A stretch of DNA of 64,000 nucleotides from Patescibacteria group bacterium (GTDB taxonomy: Bacteria; Patescibacteriota; Microgenomatia; UBA1400; PJMF01). Shown piece after piece: positions 1 to 9,145 of the stretch (position 1 is the stretch's first letter; each line of letters begins with the position of its first letter). The position numbers and the translations under genes are program-made. The DNA lies in contig BOKR01000001.1 in NCBI GenBank assembly GCA_016861085.1, forward strand, positions 515,271 to 579,270, in the 5' to 3' direction. The notes under the pieces are model-generated. The model was not told the origin of the DNA and searched no databases. It saw nothing but the letters and a program-made list of their open reading frames with translations.

Positions 1-612
1 AGTTTCTATGCTACAAAAACCATGACTACCGGTGAAGGTGGTATGCTTACCACAAATAATAAAAAGATTGCTGATTTTGTTGCACGAAACAGGTTGCATG
101 GGATTTCCAGGGATGCATGGAAACGATACCGTAAAGATGGTAGTTGGAAATATGATGTGCTCTATGCTGGCTTCAAATACAATATGACTGATGTTCAGGC
201 CTCGCTCGGTATTCACCAGCTATCTCGTTTAGAAAAATTCATAGAACAAAGAACAAAAATAGTTGGTCTTTATAAAAAAGGATTTTCTAAGAATAAACAT
301 ATCCAGATGCTTTCTACTCCAAATACCGTTAGACATTCATATCACCTCTGTCCTATTTTAGTGACGGGAGTAAAAAGAGACGAGCTTATTAAAAAGTTGA
401 CAGAAATGGAAATTGGTACGAGTGTACATTTTATTCCAATTCACCAGTTTAGTTATTATAAAAAATTTTATCCCGTCAAGAAAAATGATTTGCAAGTAAC
501 TGATTCTGTTTTTAAGCACATTTTGTCTTTACCTTTATTTCCGACTCTTAAACAAGAAGAGATTAATAGGGTTATTAATGCTGTAAATGCCTTGACTTTA
601 GATAGTAAATAG
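1..612 (+). CDS. DegT/DnrJ/EryC1/StrS PLP-dependent sugar aminotransferase (SpsC/PseC-like), 5'-truncated by the window edge
   Basis: Frame is open from base 1: SFYATKTMTTGEGGMLTT is the PLP-lysine motif. It is followed by LHGISRDAWKRY..GSWKYDV..GFKYNMTD and C-terminal LSLPLFP. Confidence 0.9.
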   Translation, partial: SFYATKTMTTGEGGMLTTNNKKIADFVARNRLHGISRDAWKRYRKDGSWKYDVLYAGFKYNMTDVQASLGIHQLSRLEKFIEQRTKIVGLYKKGFSKNKHIQMLSTPNTVRHSYHLCPILVTGVKRDELIKKLTEMEIGTSVHFIPIHQFSYYKKFYPVKKNDLQVTDSVFKHILSLPLFPTLKQEEINRVINAVNALTLDSK

Positions 613-624
613 AAAAGAGGTTCT

Positions 625-1767
625 ATGAAAACTAAACATAGTGTTCCTAATTTTAAGTTAGGAAAGAAAAATGTTGGTAAAAATAGTCCAGTCTTCATTA
701 TTGGAGAGATTGGTATTAATTATGATGGAGAAAGAAAGAAAGCTTTAAAACTTATCTCAGTTGCTGCAAAAGCAGGTGTTGATGCTGTCAAATTTCAAAT
801 ATTTAAGTCAAAACGTATGTACAGTGAAAATGCCGGAAGTTTAATAGTTGCCTCAGGTGATAAGGTTGATATTCATGATCTCATTAAAAAAATGGAGCTG
901 CCATATGAGTGGCTCAAAGAATTAAAGTCATATGCAGAAGATAGGGGTGTAGAGTTTTTTGCATCAGTGTGTGATGAAATAAGTGCTGATGCATTGTTTG
1001 AAACAAAGCCCTGTGCATTCAAAATTGCTTCTTATGAGATAACACATTTACCGTTACTGGAATACGTAACAAAAAAGAAGCTACCTATTGTTCTCTCATG
1101 TGGTGGTGCGACCATGCTTGAGGTTTCTGAAGCTATACAAACAATTAAGGAGGCAGGAGGAAAAGATATTGTTTTAATGCATTGTATTTCTCAATATGAT
1201 GTTCCTCTTACAAAACTGAATCTCAATGTTCTAAAGACTCTGCAGTTACAATTTCCAGATTTAGTCATTGGTTATTCTGATCATTCCGCTCACCCAACAC
1301 TTGCTCCTGTTACCGCAGTAGCACTTGGAGCAAAGGTAATTGAAAAGCACATCACACTGGACAAATCTAGTGAGGGACCTGATCACTCATTTGCTTTAGA
1401 GCCAGATGAACTTGCAGAAATGGTTCAAGCTATCAGAGAAGCAGAACAAAAATTGAAAGATGGAGAGACTGTTGCAGTTTCCCAGAAGACGTTGGGTAGC
1501 TCTGAGCGCATGACATTTAAAAACGAAGTATATGTGCGAAAGTTTGCTTATCGACTGTTATATGCAACACAGCCGATTAAAGTTGGTGACCTTATAACCA
1601 CCAACAATATAGCTGTTCTTCGCTCTGGTGAGAATTATAAAAAGTATTTGAAGATTGGCTTGCACCCTAGATACTACAAATTAATTGTTGAACCTGGTGT
1701 ATATAGAGCTCAACGAAATATTAAAGTTGGTCAAGCAATTTCATGGAATGATATACTGGCACGGTGA
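625..1767 (+). CDS. N-acetylneuraminate/nonulosonate synthase (NeuB/SpsE/PseI family) with C-terminal SAF/AFP-like domain
   Basis: EIGIN, DAVKFQ, FKIASYE, GYSDHS, VIEKHITLD and GPDHSFALEPDEL motifs. RKFAYR..IKVGD..NIAVLR resembles the SpsE-type C-terminus. Confidence 0.9.
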   Translation: MKTKHSVPNFKLGKKNVGKNSPVFIIGEIGINYDGERKKALKLISVAAKAGVDAVKFQIFKSKRMYSENAGSLIVASGDKVDIHDLIKKMELPYEWLKELKSYAEDRGVEFFASVCDEISADALFETKPCAFKIASYEITHLPLLEYVTKKKLPIVLSCGGATMLEVSEAIQTIKEAGGKDIVLMHCISQYDVPLTKLNLNVLKTLQLQFPDLVIGYSDHSAHPTLAPVTAVALGAKVIEKHITLDKSSEGPDHSFALEPDELAEMVQAIREAEQKLKDGETVAVSQKTLGSSERMTFKNEVYVRKFAYRLLYATQPIKVGDLITTNNIAVLRSGENYKKYLKIGLHPRYYKLIVEPGVYRAQRNIKVGQAISWNDILAR

Positions 1768-2441
1768 AAACAATTACTGTTTCAATAATTATCAGAACTC
1801 ACAATAATCGTGATACAGTACGAAAAGCTGTTGAAAGCGCTCTGAATCAAGTGGTTGAAAGTTTGAATGTTGAAGTTGTTTTGATCGATGATGCTTCAAG
1901 AGATGAGTCGTTTGAAGAAATTGCCGATTACCTTGATCAAGTTTCTTATATTAAGACAAATGGTTTGGGTGCAGTAGCAGCACTAAACCTCGGAATTGTG
2001 AGAGCTACTGGGCAGTATTTTACTATTTTAGATGCGGATGATTTTCTTCCCTCAAATGCGGTAAGAAGTTTAATAAATCCATTTTTGAAAGAAGAAAACA
2101 TTGCTGCAGTATATGGTGATTACTATGAAATTGCTGTTGGCTCAAAAAGTAAAAAGCTAAAAAAAACTTCCCAAAATATTTTTAATACTGTTGCTGGTGG
2201 AATTTTGTTCAAAAAAAAATTAGTTGCTAGTAGTGGCTTATATGATACTTCCCTTTTTTTTCCAGAATACGACCTCTTGATTAAGTTAGAGAGAAAATAT
2301 AAACTGGTTCATGTTAATAAGGTAGTTTACAACTATGTGAGAAGCGGACAAAGCCTTACAGCTTCTGCCCAAAAAGTGATAGAAGGTGTGAAACAACTAG
2401 AAAAAAAATATGGCAAAAAACTACCAATTAGAGAATATTAA
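1764..2441 (+). CDS. GT2 family glycosyltransferase
   Basis: VSIIIRTHN, IDDASRD, LNLGI and LDADD (DxD). GTGA overlap with the upstream stop. Confidence 0.85.
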   Translation: MKTITVSIIIRTHNNRDTVRKAVESALNQVVESLNVEVVLIDDASRDESFEEIADYLDQVSYIKTNGLGAVAALNLGIVRATGQYFTILDADDFLPSNAVRSLINPFLKEENIAAVYGDYYEIAVGSKSKKLKKTSQNIFNTVAGGILFKKKLVASSGLYDTSLFFPEYDLLIKLERKYKLVHVNKVVYNYVRSGQSLTASAQKVIEGVKQLEKKYGKKLPIREY

Positions 2442-2889
2442 AATTGTCGAAATGTTAGAAAGTGACTTGGAGTTATTGCTTTCTTGGAGATCTCATCCTG
2501 ATGCATATATTTTTTTTAAAAGTCAGAAAGGACCACTTAGGTGGTCAGAACACTTCAATTTTTGGCATAATCGTAAGAACAGGGTTGATTTCATCATTTT
2601 TTTTAAGGAAAGTAAAAGATGGAGAAAAGTTGGTAGTATCAACCTCAGTAGATTAGAAACTGAATTACCAGAAATTGGTATTATAATTGGAGAAATGACT
2701 TTACATGGAAATGGGATAGGAACAAAAGCTCTTTCTTTAGGTCTTGAGTGGCTAAAAGATGCTGGCTATAAGAAAGCATTAGCTGTGATTAACACTAAAA
2801 ACGAAGCAAGTAAAAAAATATTTTCAAAAAATGGTTTTGAAAAGAAACACAAAATAGATGTTTGGGAAGAATATACAAAAAACTTATGA
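2410..2889 (+). CDS. GNAT N-acetyltransferase (PseH/RimJ-like)
   Basis: LLSWRSHP, acetyl-CoA motif HGNGIGT, and NEASKKIFSKNGF. Lies in the nonulosonate operon. Confidence 0.8.
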   Translation: MAKNYQLENIKIVEMLESDLELLLSWRSHPDAYIFFKSQKGPLRWSEHFNFWHNRKNRVDFIIFFKESKRWRKVGSINLSRLETELPEIGIIIGEMTLHGNGIGTKALSLGLEWLKDAGYKKALAVINTKNEASKKIFSKNGFEKKHKIDVWEEYTKNL

Positions 2890-4193
2890 GTAGCATAAAA
2901 GATCTAATTGCAGAGTCTTATTTGTTGCGTCGAAGTTATGTTGCGGCAGACCTCGTTGAAGCAATTAATAACTTGGCAAAGCATACAAAAGTTGCATACA
3001 AAGACTACACATTCAAGTCTGGTTTAGAGCATAATGGTTGGGTTGTTCCAAGTGATTGGTCAGTTTCGGAAGCAAAAATTTATAAGGATAATACACTTAT
3101 CTATGATGGGATGTTACATCCACTTTCAGTGATTACTCAGTCAGCTTCTTTTACTGGCAAAATCACTCTGCAAGAACTCAAAAAGCATTTATATTTTGCT
3201 CCTCGAAAACCACATGCTATTCCTTTTCACTTTAGACTTTCGTATCGGCCCTGGCAAAAAGAGTGGGGATTTTGTTTGCCAAAAAATGTATTTGATTCTT
3301 TGGCTCCTGGTGAGTATGATGTGAAACTAAATACAACAGAGAAACCAGGAGAGATGGTTGTAAGAGAGTTTACGATACCTGGAAAGTCTAAAGAAACCAT
3401 TGTTTTTGCTGCACACATAGATCATCCAGGTATGTGCAATGATGATCTTGCTGGTTGTGCGGTCGGGGTTTCTTTGTTAAATGCCATCAAAAAACAATTT
3501 AAAAAAACTAAATATACCTACAAATTAATTTTGGTTCAGGAAATTGTTGGTTCAGTCTTTTACCTGAATGCACTCACGACAGAAGAGTTGAAAAACATTA
3601 AATATTCATTATTTTTAGAAATGCTTGGAAATGACAACACAATCAACTTGCAGAAGTCTTTTTTAGGGAACACTTACATAGATGCTGTCTGCACAACAGC
3701 CCTAAATAGCCTAAAAAACCTCTATAGAGTTTGTTCATTTAGAGAATCAGCCGGTAATGATGAAATAGTTTTTGAAGCTCCTGGCTATGAAATTCCAATG
3801 CCATCTATTTCTCGTTGGCCATATGATGAGTATCACACCAGCGATGATAACCTGGAAATTATTCATGAAGATAAACTGCAAGAATCTTTAGAATATTTGC
3901 TAAATATTGTATTTATTTTAGAGAACGATGTTTATGTAAAAAGGACATTTACGGGTATAGTCAGTTTAGCAAACCCAAAATATGATTTGTATATTGATCC
4001 AGGACAAATATTCACAGGTGGTTTGCATCAAAATAATAACGCCACTCAGTTTCAATATATGATGCCAAGACTTCTTGATGGCACATGCAAGATTTCCGAG
4101 CTAGCTCAAAAATTTAATTTAGATTTTAGTTGGTTGTTCAATTATTTGAACAAAATGAAAGAAAAAGGACTTGTACTATTTTTGGAGAAATAA
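2886..4193 (+). CDS. DUF4910/DUF2172 aminopeptidase-like (M28-type) protein with C-terminal winged helix
   Basis: W..P..W, LKKHLY, WGFCL, HIDHP..CNDDLAG, GNDE and YHTSDD motifs. ATG at 2886 overlaps the upstream TGA (ATGA). Confidence 0.8.
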   Translation: MSSIKDLIAESYLLRRSYVAADLVEAINNLAKHTKVAYKDYTFKSGLEHNGWVVPSDWSVSEAKIYKDNTLIYDGMLHPLSVITQSASFTGKITLQELKKHLYFAPRKPHAIPFHFRLSYRPWQKEWGFCLPKNVFDSLAPGEYDVKLNTTEKPGEMVVREFTIPGKSKETIVFAAHIDHPGMCNDDLAGCAVGVSLLNAIKKQFKKTKYTYKLILVQEIVGSVFYLNALTTEELKNIKYSLFLEMLGNDNTINLQKSFLGNTYIDAVCTTALNSLKNLYRVCSFRESAGNDEIVFEAPGYEIPMPSISRWPYDEYHTSDDNLEIIHEDKLQESLEYLLNIVFILENDVYVKRTFTGIVSLANPKYDLYIDPGQIFTGGLHQNNNATQFQYMMPRLLDGTCKISELAQKFNLDFSWLFNYLNKMKEKGLVLFLEK

Positions 4194-4197
4194 CAAG

Positions 4198-5214
4198 ATG
4201 AAATTAAAAGTTGGCAAAAAAGTTGATCCAAAAAAATTCAAGCTCGGGCAAATTGAAGATACCAAGAAACTTCATAAAAGAACTGCGAACTTAATAAAAA
4301 GTTATGCTTTAAAAGCAGATGTTATTTTGAATAGTTGTTATCTATGTGGAGAGAAGCTTCCTGACGGTTCATTTGTTACAATCTATAATTTTGATTATTC
4401 CTTCTGCTCCAGTTGTGGGCACTTATCTGGAAAAAAGAGATTAAGTGATCAAAACCTTCAAAAATACTATCAAGAGAATCTTGATTACTCAAAAACATAT
4501 ACTGATGCAACACAGATTCAATATAGACTGAAAAATATTGCACAACCTAAAGTCAAGTTTGTGATGGAACACATTAAGCAGCCAAAAGAAGGGGTTTGGC
4601 TAGATGTTGGTTGTGCCATAGGTGATGTAGTCAAAGTTGTAGAAGAATATGAAAATTGGTCAGCAATAGGATGTGACATCAGTAAACCCTCAATAGAAAT
4701 GGGCAGAAAGCTATTCAATATAGATTTACGACAGGAAAATATTAGCGATTTTCTAGGAAAGAACCCAAGATTACTTTTTGATGTAGTGTCATTTTTTGGT
4801 TATTTCGCTGTAACTTCAAGTCCGCTAAAAGACATGGAGCTTGCTGTCAAGCATTTAAAAAAGCATGGATATATTGTAGTTGGGGATTCAAATGCAGATT
4901 CATTTTCTACAATTATTCAGAAAAGCTACCCTGAATTTTCTACTCGCCACATACTACCACCAAACACCACTCATCAGTTTACAAAAAAATCGATTGAATA
5001 TATTTTTAAAAAATTTGGTATAACTCCAATAGCATACTGGAATTTTGGTTTAGATTTTTTTGAGCTATTGAAGTATTTATCTTTAATGAACAATTCGTTT
5101 CAGGATACACCACTTTGCAACTTTTTAATGGAGAACCTCAATGAATTCCAAAAAGTCATAGATAAAAAATGTATGGGCGACTATTTTATAGTAATAGGCC
5201 AAAAGACGAAGTAG
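4198..5214 (+). CDS. Class I SAM-dependent methyltransferase with N-terminal Cys4 zinc ribbon
   Basis: CYLC...CSSCGH and the SAM motif WLDVGCAIG. Start refined to ATG 4198. Confidence 0.8.
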   Translation: MKLKVGKKVDPKKFKLGQIEDTKKLHKRTANLIKSYALKADVILNSCYLCGEKLPDGSFVTIYNFDYSFCSSCGHLSGKKRLSDQNLQKYYQENLDYSKTYTDATQIQYRLKNIAQPKVKFVMEHIKQPKEGVWLDVGCAIGDVVKVVEEYENWSAIGCDISKPSIEMGRKLFNIDLRQENISDFLGKNPRLLFDVVSFFGYFAVTSSPLKDMELAVKHLKKHGYIVVGDSNADSFSTIIQKSYPEFSTRHILPPNTTHQFTKKSIEYIFKKFGITPIAYWNFGLDFFELLKYLSLMNNSFQDTPLCNFLMENLNEFQKVIDKKCMGDYFIVIGQKTK

Positions 5215-5227
5215 TTTGTACAAACTA
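5212..5227. repeat. Perfect 16-bp palindrome TAGTTTGTACAAACTA spanning both convergent stop codons
   Basis: The sequence equals its own reverse complement. TAG at 5212-5214 ends the + gene and CTA at 5225-5227 ends the - gene. Confidence 0.9.
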
Positions 5228-6478
5228 TTCTAGCACTACATAGTCTGAGATTGCAGCTTTTGCATCATAGGATTTTAAAAATAAAGCTACTATTCTCCTC
5301 GATACTGGAACTCCCAAAGTTTTTTCTAGGAATAGGATTGGGTAAACTAGCCAACTGAATTTTGGTTGATATGTTGTTTGTATTTTGCACTTACTAATAT
5401 CTTGTTTTAGATAACTTGCAATCCTATCAACAGATTTTCCATCGAGTCTATAGTAATTCTCTCGTAAATATTTTGACTGAAATTCTTTATATTTTTTTTC
5501 CCGTTTTTTATCTAAATTTTTTTCTATTATATCTTGCAATTCATCAAGTGTTCTAACGATCGGGTTTCCTGGACTACATTCTGTGAGGAAAGAGTCATAC
5601 TCTTTGTATGGAGCAAGTTGTATTGTTTTGATTCCTTTAATCCAGCATTCCGATGAAACTGTTGAACTCCAGTGTATAGCCATGTCAACACTTTTAATAC
5701 AATTATATAAAGAATATTGTTCCAAAAGAATAAAGTTACTAGCAGTAATTTTTTTGTAAGCAAGAGAGCTTTCTAATGGATGAGGTTTTACGATAATATT
5801 GTAATGGGGTAGTCGCTCACATAGTTTTTGAATTATTTCTATATATTTTTGTTTTGTTAGTGCAACACAAGTATTACTTTTCATCAGTTGCTTAATCGCC
5901 TTACTAAAATAGTTATCCGTTCTTAAATATTCTTCTGAGATTGTTACGAAAGAAGTAAAGAAAAATATGTTTTTTTTCTTCAAATTTGTGTTAACTTTTT
6001 TACTAAATTCTTTTCTCGAAAAAAATTGTCCACCTTTATTTCTAACTAAAAAGTCAATCTTGGGAGAACCAGTGATTTTAATTTTTTTTGGGCTAATATC
6101 AGTTTTAGCAAGTAGTTTTTCGTATCTTTTGCCTGGTATGAATATTTTTGTGAAGTATGTATTGTATGTAATATCTGGATTAAGTAGGAGATCTTCTATT
6201 GCTGGAATTACAGTAATTTCAGCAGGAACTACATATAGTAAAGCTCCAGAATCCAAAACATATTTTGCTAAATCTCTACAACCTTTTTCTAATGTTTGAG
6301 GAATAAATACTATGTCTGGTTTTATTTTATATAAGTAGTAGTACATTCTTTGGATTTCCCCTAGCCCACCAACTATGCTGACTTTTGCACTCAGAGTTTT
6401 TGCCAAAGTTTTTTGTAATAAGATTAAGTAATCTAGTTCTCTTGCTTTGTAGTTACTAAAAATTAATATTTTCTTCAT
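5225..6478 (-). CDS. Surface carbohydrate biosynthesis protein (GT-B/TagF-like; possible nonulosonate transferase)
   Basis: RELD near the N-terminus, ITGSPKIDF, IIVKPHPLE, HWSSTVSSE and DGKSVDRI. This is the HP / S-T-x-x-x-E pattern of CMP/CDP-donor GT-B enzymes. Confidence 0.6.
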   Translation of the reverse strand: MKKILIFSNYKARELDYLILLQKTLAKTLSAKVSIVGGLGEIQRMYYYLYKIKPDIVFIPQTLEKGCRDLAKYVLDSGALLYVVPAEITVIPAIEDLLLNPDITYNTYFTKIFIPGKRYEKLLAKTDISPKKIKITGSPKIDFLVRNKGGQFFSRKEFSKKVNTNLKKKNIFFFTSFVTISEEYLRTDNYFSKAIKQLMKSNTCVALTKQKYIEIIQKLCERLPHYNIIVKPHPLESSLAYKKITASNFILLEQYSLYNCIKSVDMAIHWSSTVSSECWIKGIKTIQLAPYKEYDSFLTECSPGNPIVRTLDELQDIIEKNLDKKREKKYKEFQSKYLRENYYRLDGKSVDRIASYLKQDISKCKIQTTYQPKFSWLVYPILFLEKTLGVPVSRRIVALFLKSYDAKAAISDYVVLE

Positions 6479-7179
6479 TTTTTCTTGCCTACTATATAAA
6501 GCGTGTACCCATAGTCAAAAGGAAGTTGATGTTCTAACCAAATAAGGGGATTTATAATTCTTCTAACTAATAGCCCGAATGGGCCGATTTTTCCTCTGCT
6601 ACCCAAAAATATTCTATCGAAAGCATCAAAAAAAATAGAAAAAATGTTAGAAAAAATTGGAGCTATGAATAATCCCTTTTCTACCTGTAGCTTGGGAATT
6701 AAGTCAAAATGTTTCATCTTTTTGATAATTCTTTTTCTGTTTATATATTGGTTTGGAGTAAGGAACTGATATATATTAAATATTTTGTATATCAAATGGT
6801 CTACTGCGCAACTAAAAATAATTATTCCATTTTTTTTCAATACTTTATTAACCTCTTTAAAAAAATGATTTAATTCTGAATTAGTCATGTATTGGATAAC
6901 GCCGATAAGAATAATAAGATCAATTGAATTCTTTTTTCCTAAATTTGGTACCATTTTTTTTTCAATCTTTTTAAAATTTATTTTTTTATTTTTATATTTC
7001 TTATTAGCTATAACCAAGCAGTCTTTACTTACTTCATACCCGGTATAGCGAATAATATTGTTGATGTTTAAGTAATCTATAAAAAAGCCATTTCCACATC
7101 CATAATCCACTACCGTAATTTTTTTATCTCCAAAATATTGGTTAATTAAATTGCTAATGTAGTTGTGTGTATTAGACAT
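6475..7179 (-). CDS. Class I SAM-dependent methyltransferase
   Basis: VVDYGCGNG, IDLIILIGVIQY, VLKKNG. Confidence 0.8.
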   Translation of the reverse strand: MSNTHNYISNLINQYFGDKKITVVDYGCGNGFFIDYLNINNIIRYTGYEVSKDCLVIANKKYKNKKINFKKIEKKMVPNLGKKNSIDLIILIGVIQYMTNSELNHFFKEVNKVLKKNGIIIFSCAVDHLIYKIFNIYQFLTPNQYINRKRIIKKMKHFDLIPKLQVEKGLFIAPIFSNIFSIFFDAFDRIFLGSRGKIGPFGLLVRRIINPLIWLEHQLPFDYGYTLYIVGKKK

Positions 7180-8053
7180 ACTCAAGTATTTTTTTTACTG
7201 CTTTACTTTTTTTTGATACAGCTACCAAATTTACTGTTTTAGGAAAATTGTAATTAGCATTAATCAAAGAAAGTTTTTCATTATTATCAAATTTAAATAC
7301 AAAAAAATTATTGTTTTTAAGTAGTTCTATTAATTCTTTGGACTTATATCCAAAGTCTGCTATTTTTTTGTTTAACTCAAATAGAATTATACTTATTTTA
7401 TTTTCACGAAAACAATTTTTGGCTCCTTGAAATACAAACAGTTCAGCCCCTTCAACGTCCACTTTAAGAAAATCAATATAATTAATGCCCTTTTCTTTTA
7501 CAAAAGTGTCTAGAGTTATGCAATTAACTATTTTTACATTTTTATCTTCGATATTTTCAGATGCTATGTGATTTATTTCAGACTCAGCCTCCAGAACAAA
7601 CTTGATTTTCCCATTTTTCTTTGATACCGCTTTTTGAATTATCTCAACTCTTTTGCTGAAACCGTTGATTGCTATGTTTTCCTTTAGTAGTGGAATTAAG
7701 CTATCGGTCGGTTCAAAAGCAAAAACTTTTACATTTTTTCCTTTTGAAGCAGCTAAAATTGATTCAGAGCCGATATTTGCGCCCACATCAATAACTAAAT
7801 CACCATTAGTAATCGTTTTGTTTATAAAGTTCATTTCTTCATATTCCGGGAAATTGGCGTATACAACAAAGCTCCCATAAGAACTGTTGGGATAACATAT
7901 AAGTTTAGCAGACTTAGTGATTTGTATTATTGCGGGGATTTTAAAAAAAACTTGATTCAGTTTCCACCAAATTATTTTTAAGAAAGTCTCTCTCTTTCGA
8001 TTTCTATTTAGTGGGTGGTTAAGAAGCTTCTTTAGTTGGTTTATCTTTTGCAT
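7172..8053 (-). CDS. FkbM family methyltransferase
   Basis: VIDVGANIG, AFEP, TLD, IDFLKVDVEGAE. Confidence 0.9.
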   Translation of the reverse strand: MQKINQLKKLLNHPLNRNRKRETFLKIIWWKLNQVFFKIPAIIQITKSAKLICYPNSSYGSFVVYANFPEYEEMNFINKTITNGDLVIDVGANIGSESILAASKGKNVKVFAFEPTDSLIPLLKENIAINGFSKRVEIIQKAVSKKNGKIKFVLEAESEINHIASENIEDKNVKIVNCITLDTFVKEKGINYIDFLKVDVEGAELFVFQGAKNCFRENKISIILFELNKKIADFGYKSKELIELLKNNNFFVFKFDNNEKLSLINANYNFPKTVNLVAVSKKSKAVKKILEYV

Positions 8054-9141
8054 GTGGAGTCAATGATCTTTTGTTCCGTAAGTAATGCGTCAATAAAAAA
8101 TTTTGTTGCCCAATTTAGATATGCCAGCCTACAATATCCTTGGTTTTTCAGAATATCACCATATATAGGATCACTACCTGCAATTGCTCCGTTTATAGCT
8201 TTGAATGGCGATGCTATTAGTTGCTTAGTTTTGAGATATTTATTCATTTTTGAAGCGGCATATAAGAATTTCTTGTTCTTGGTGATTTTATATAATTCAA
8301 GCCACATTAAAGAAATTTGAGCGTCCCCAGTTAAACAGGAATATTTGTCTTGTGATTGCCAATTTGAGTCAAAAGATCCAGGTAGAAAATTGTGTTTTAG
8401 ATAATAATTCAAGAGTGGGACAGAACCTCTTAAAGCAATTTTTAAAAGTTGAGAGTTACTTAGTATCAGTCCGGACCAAAGAAAACCTTCTACTGCATAA
8501 GAAATAGTATGTGTATACGGTAGCTGTATGTTTGGTTGTGGAAGTTCATTTTTTGCAAACCACCCGTTTGGTAGTTGTTGACTTTTGGCCCATTCTAAAT
8601 TTTTAATTGCAGCTGTTTTAAATTTGTTTTTTCCAGATATTTGATAGACTTTAAGAATTCCCCATGCTACGCGAGTATGATATGTATGTGTTGTATTTCC
8701 GTATGTATTTTTTACCCATGATCCATCTTTTTCTTGAATTGAGAGCAAATATTCAGCAGCTGCAATGGCTGATTTTAGGTATTTTTTGTTATTAGTGAGC
8801 TCATATATGGCAGATATTCCAATTAGATCTTGTCCCATATTAAATACTACTACTGCATCATCATTCTTTTGTTTTGGTGTATAGAGTTTGTATGCTCCGT
8901 TTGGAAGTTGCATTTTTAGTAAAAAATCTGCCATTTTGATGGCACGTGATCTATATTGTGGATCTTTAAAGTATTCGTATGCATCTAGAAATGTATTGAT
9001 AATGTATCCAGTTGTTTCTATATATGATGGTTGCCAACCATTAAGCAATGAAAACCATGCAGAAACACCGCCGTCACCAGTTTTGTCTTGTGCAAGCATC
9101 AACCATGCAAGCGCAGCCTTAATATTCTTTTTGTTATTCAT
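8041..9141 (-). CDS. Alpha/alpha-toroid protein with prenyltransferase/squalene-cyclase-like QxxxG repeats, function unknown
   Basis: Repeated motifs LAQDKTGDGG, KMQLPNGAY, SIQEKDGSW and QQLPNGWF. Also SYIETTGY and C-terminal NWATKFFIDAL. Confidence 0.6.
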   Translation of the reverse strand: MNNKKNIKAALAWLMLAQDKTGDGGVSAWFSLLNGWQPSYIETTGYIINTFLDAYEYFKDPQYRSRAIKMADFLLKMQLPNGAYKLYTPKQKNDDAVVVFNMGQDLIGISAIYELTNNKKYLKSAIAAAEYLLSIQEKDGSWVKNTYGNTTHTYHTRVAWGILKVYQISGKNKFKTAAIKNLEWAKSQQLPNGWFAKNELPQPNIQLPYTHTISYAVEGFLWSGLILSNSQLLKIALRGSVPLLNYYLKHNFLPGSFDSNWQSQDKYSCLTGDAQISLMWLELYKITKNKKFLYAASKMNKYLKTKQLIASPFKAINGAIAGSDPIYGDILKNQGYCRLAYLNWATKFFIDALLTEQKIIDSTCKR

Positions 9142-9145
9142 GCTT

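Noticed and set aside
2211-2219. A9 run in the GT2 gene, and similar A/T runs across 5-15 kb, as phase-variation tracts
   Set aside because: The ORFs are intact, and the runs encode poly-Lys/Phe as expected in very AT-rich DNA.
5213-5224. AGTTTGTACAAA matches part of the Gateway attB1 cloning site
   Set aside because: Only 12 bp match, the flanks differ, and natural ORFs end on both sides. There is no vector sequence or integrase, so it is treated as coincidence.
8041-9141. Squalene-hopene cyclase / hopanoid synthesis
   Set aside because: The protein is too short for the two-domain enzyme, lacks the DXDD motif and has no isoprenoid genes nearby.
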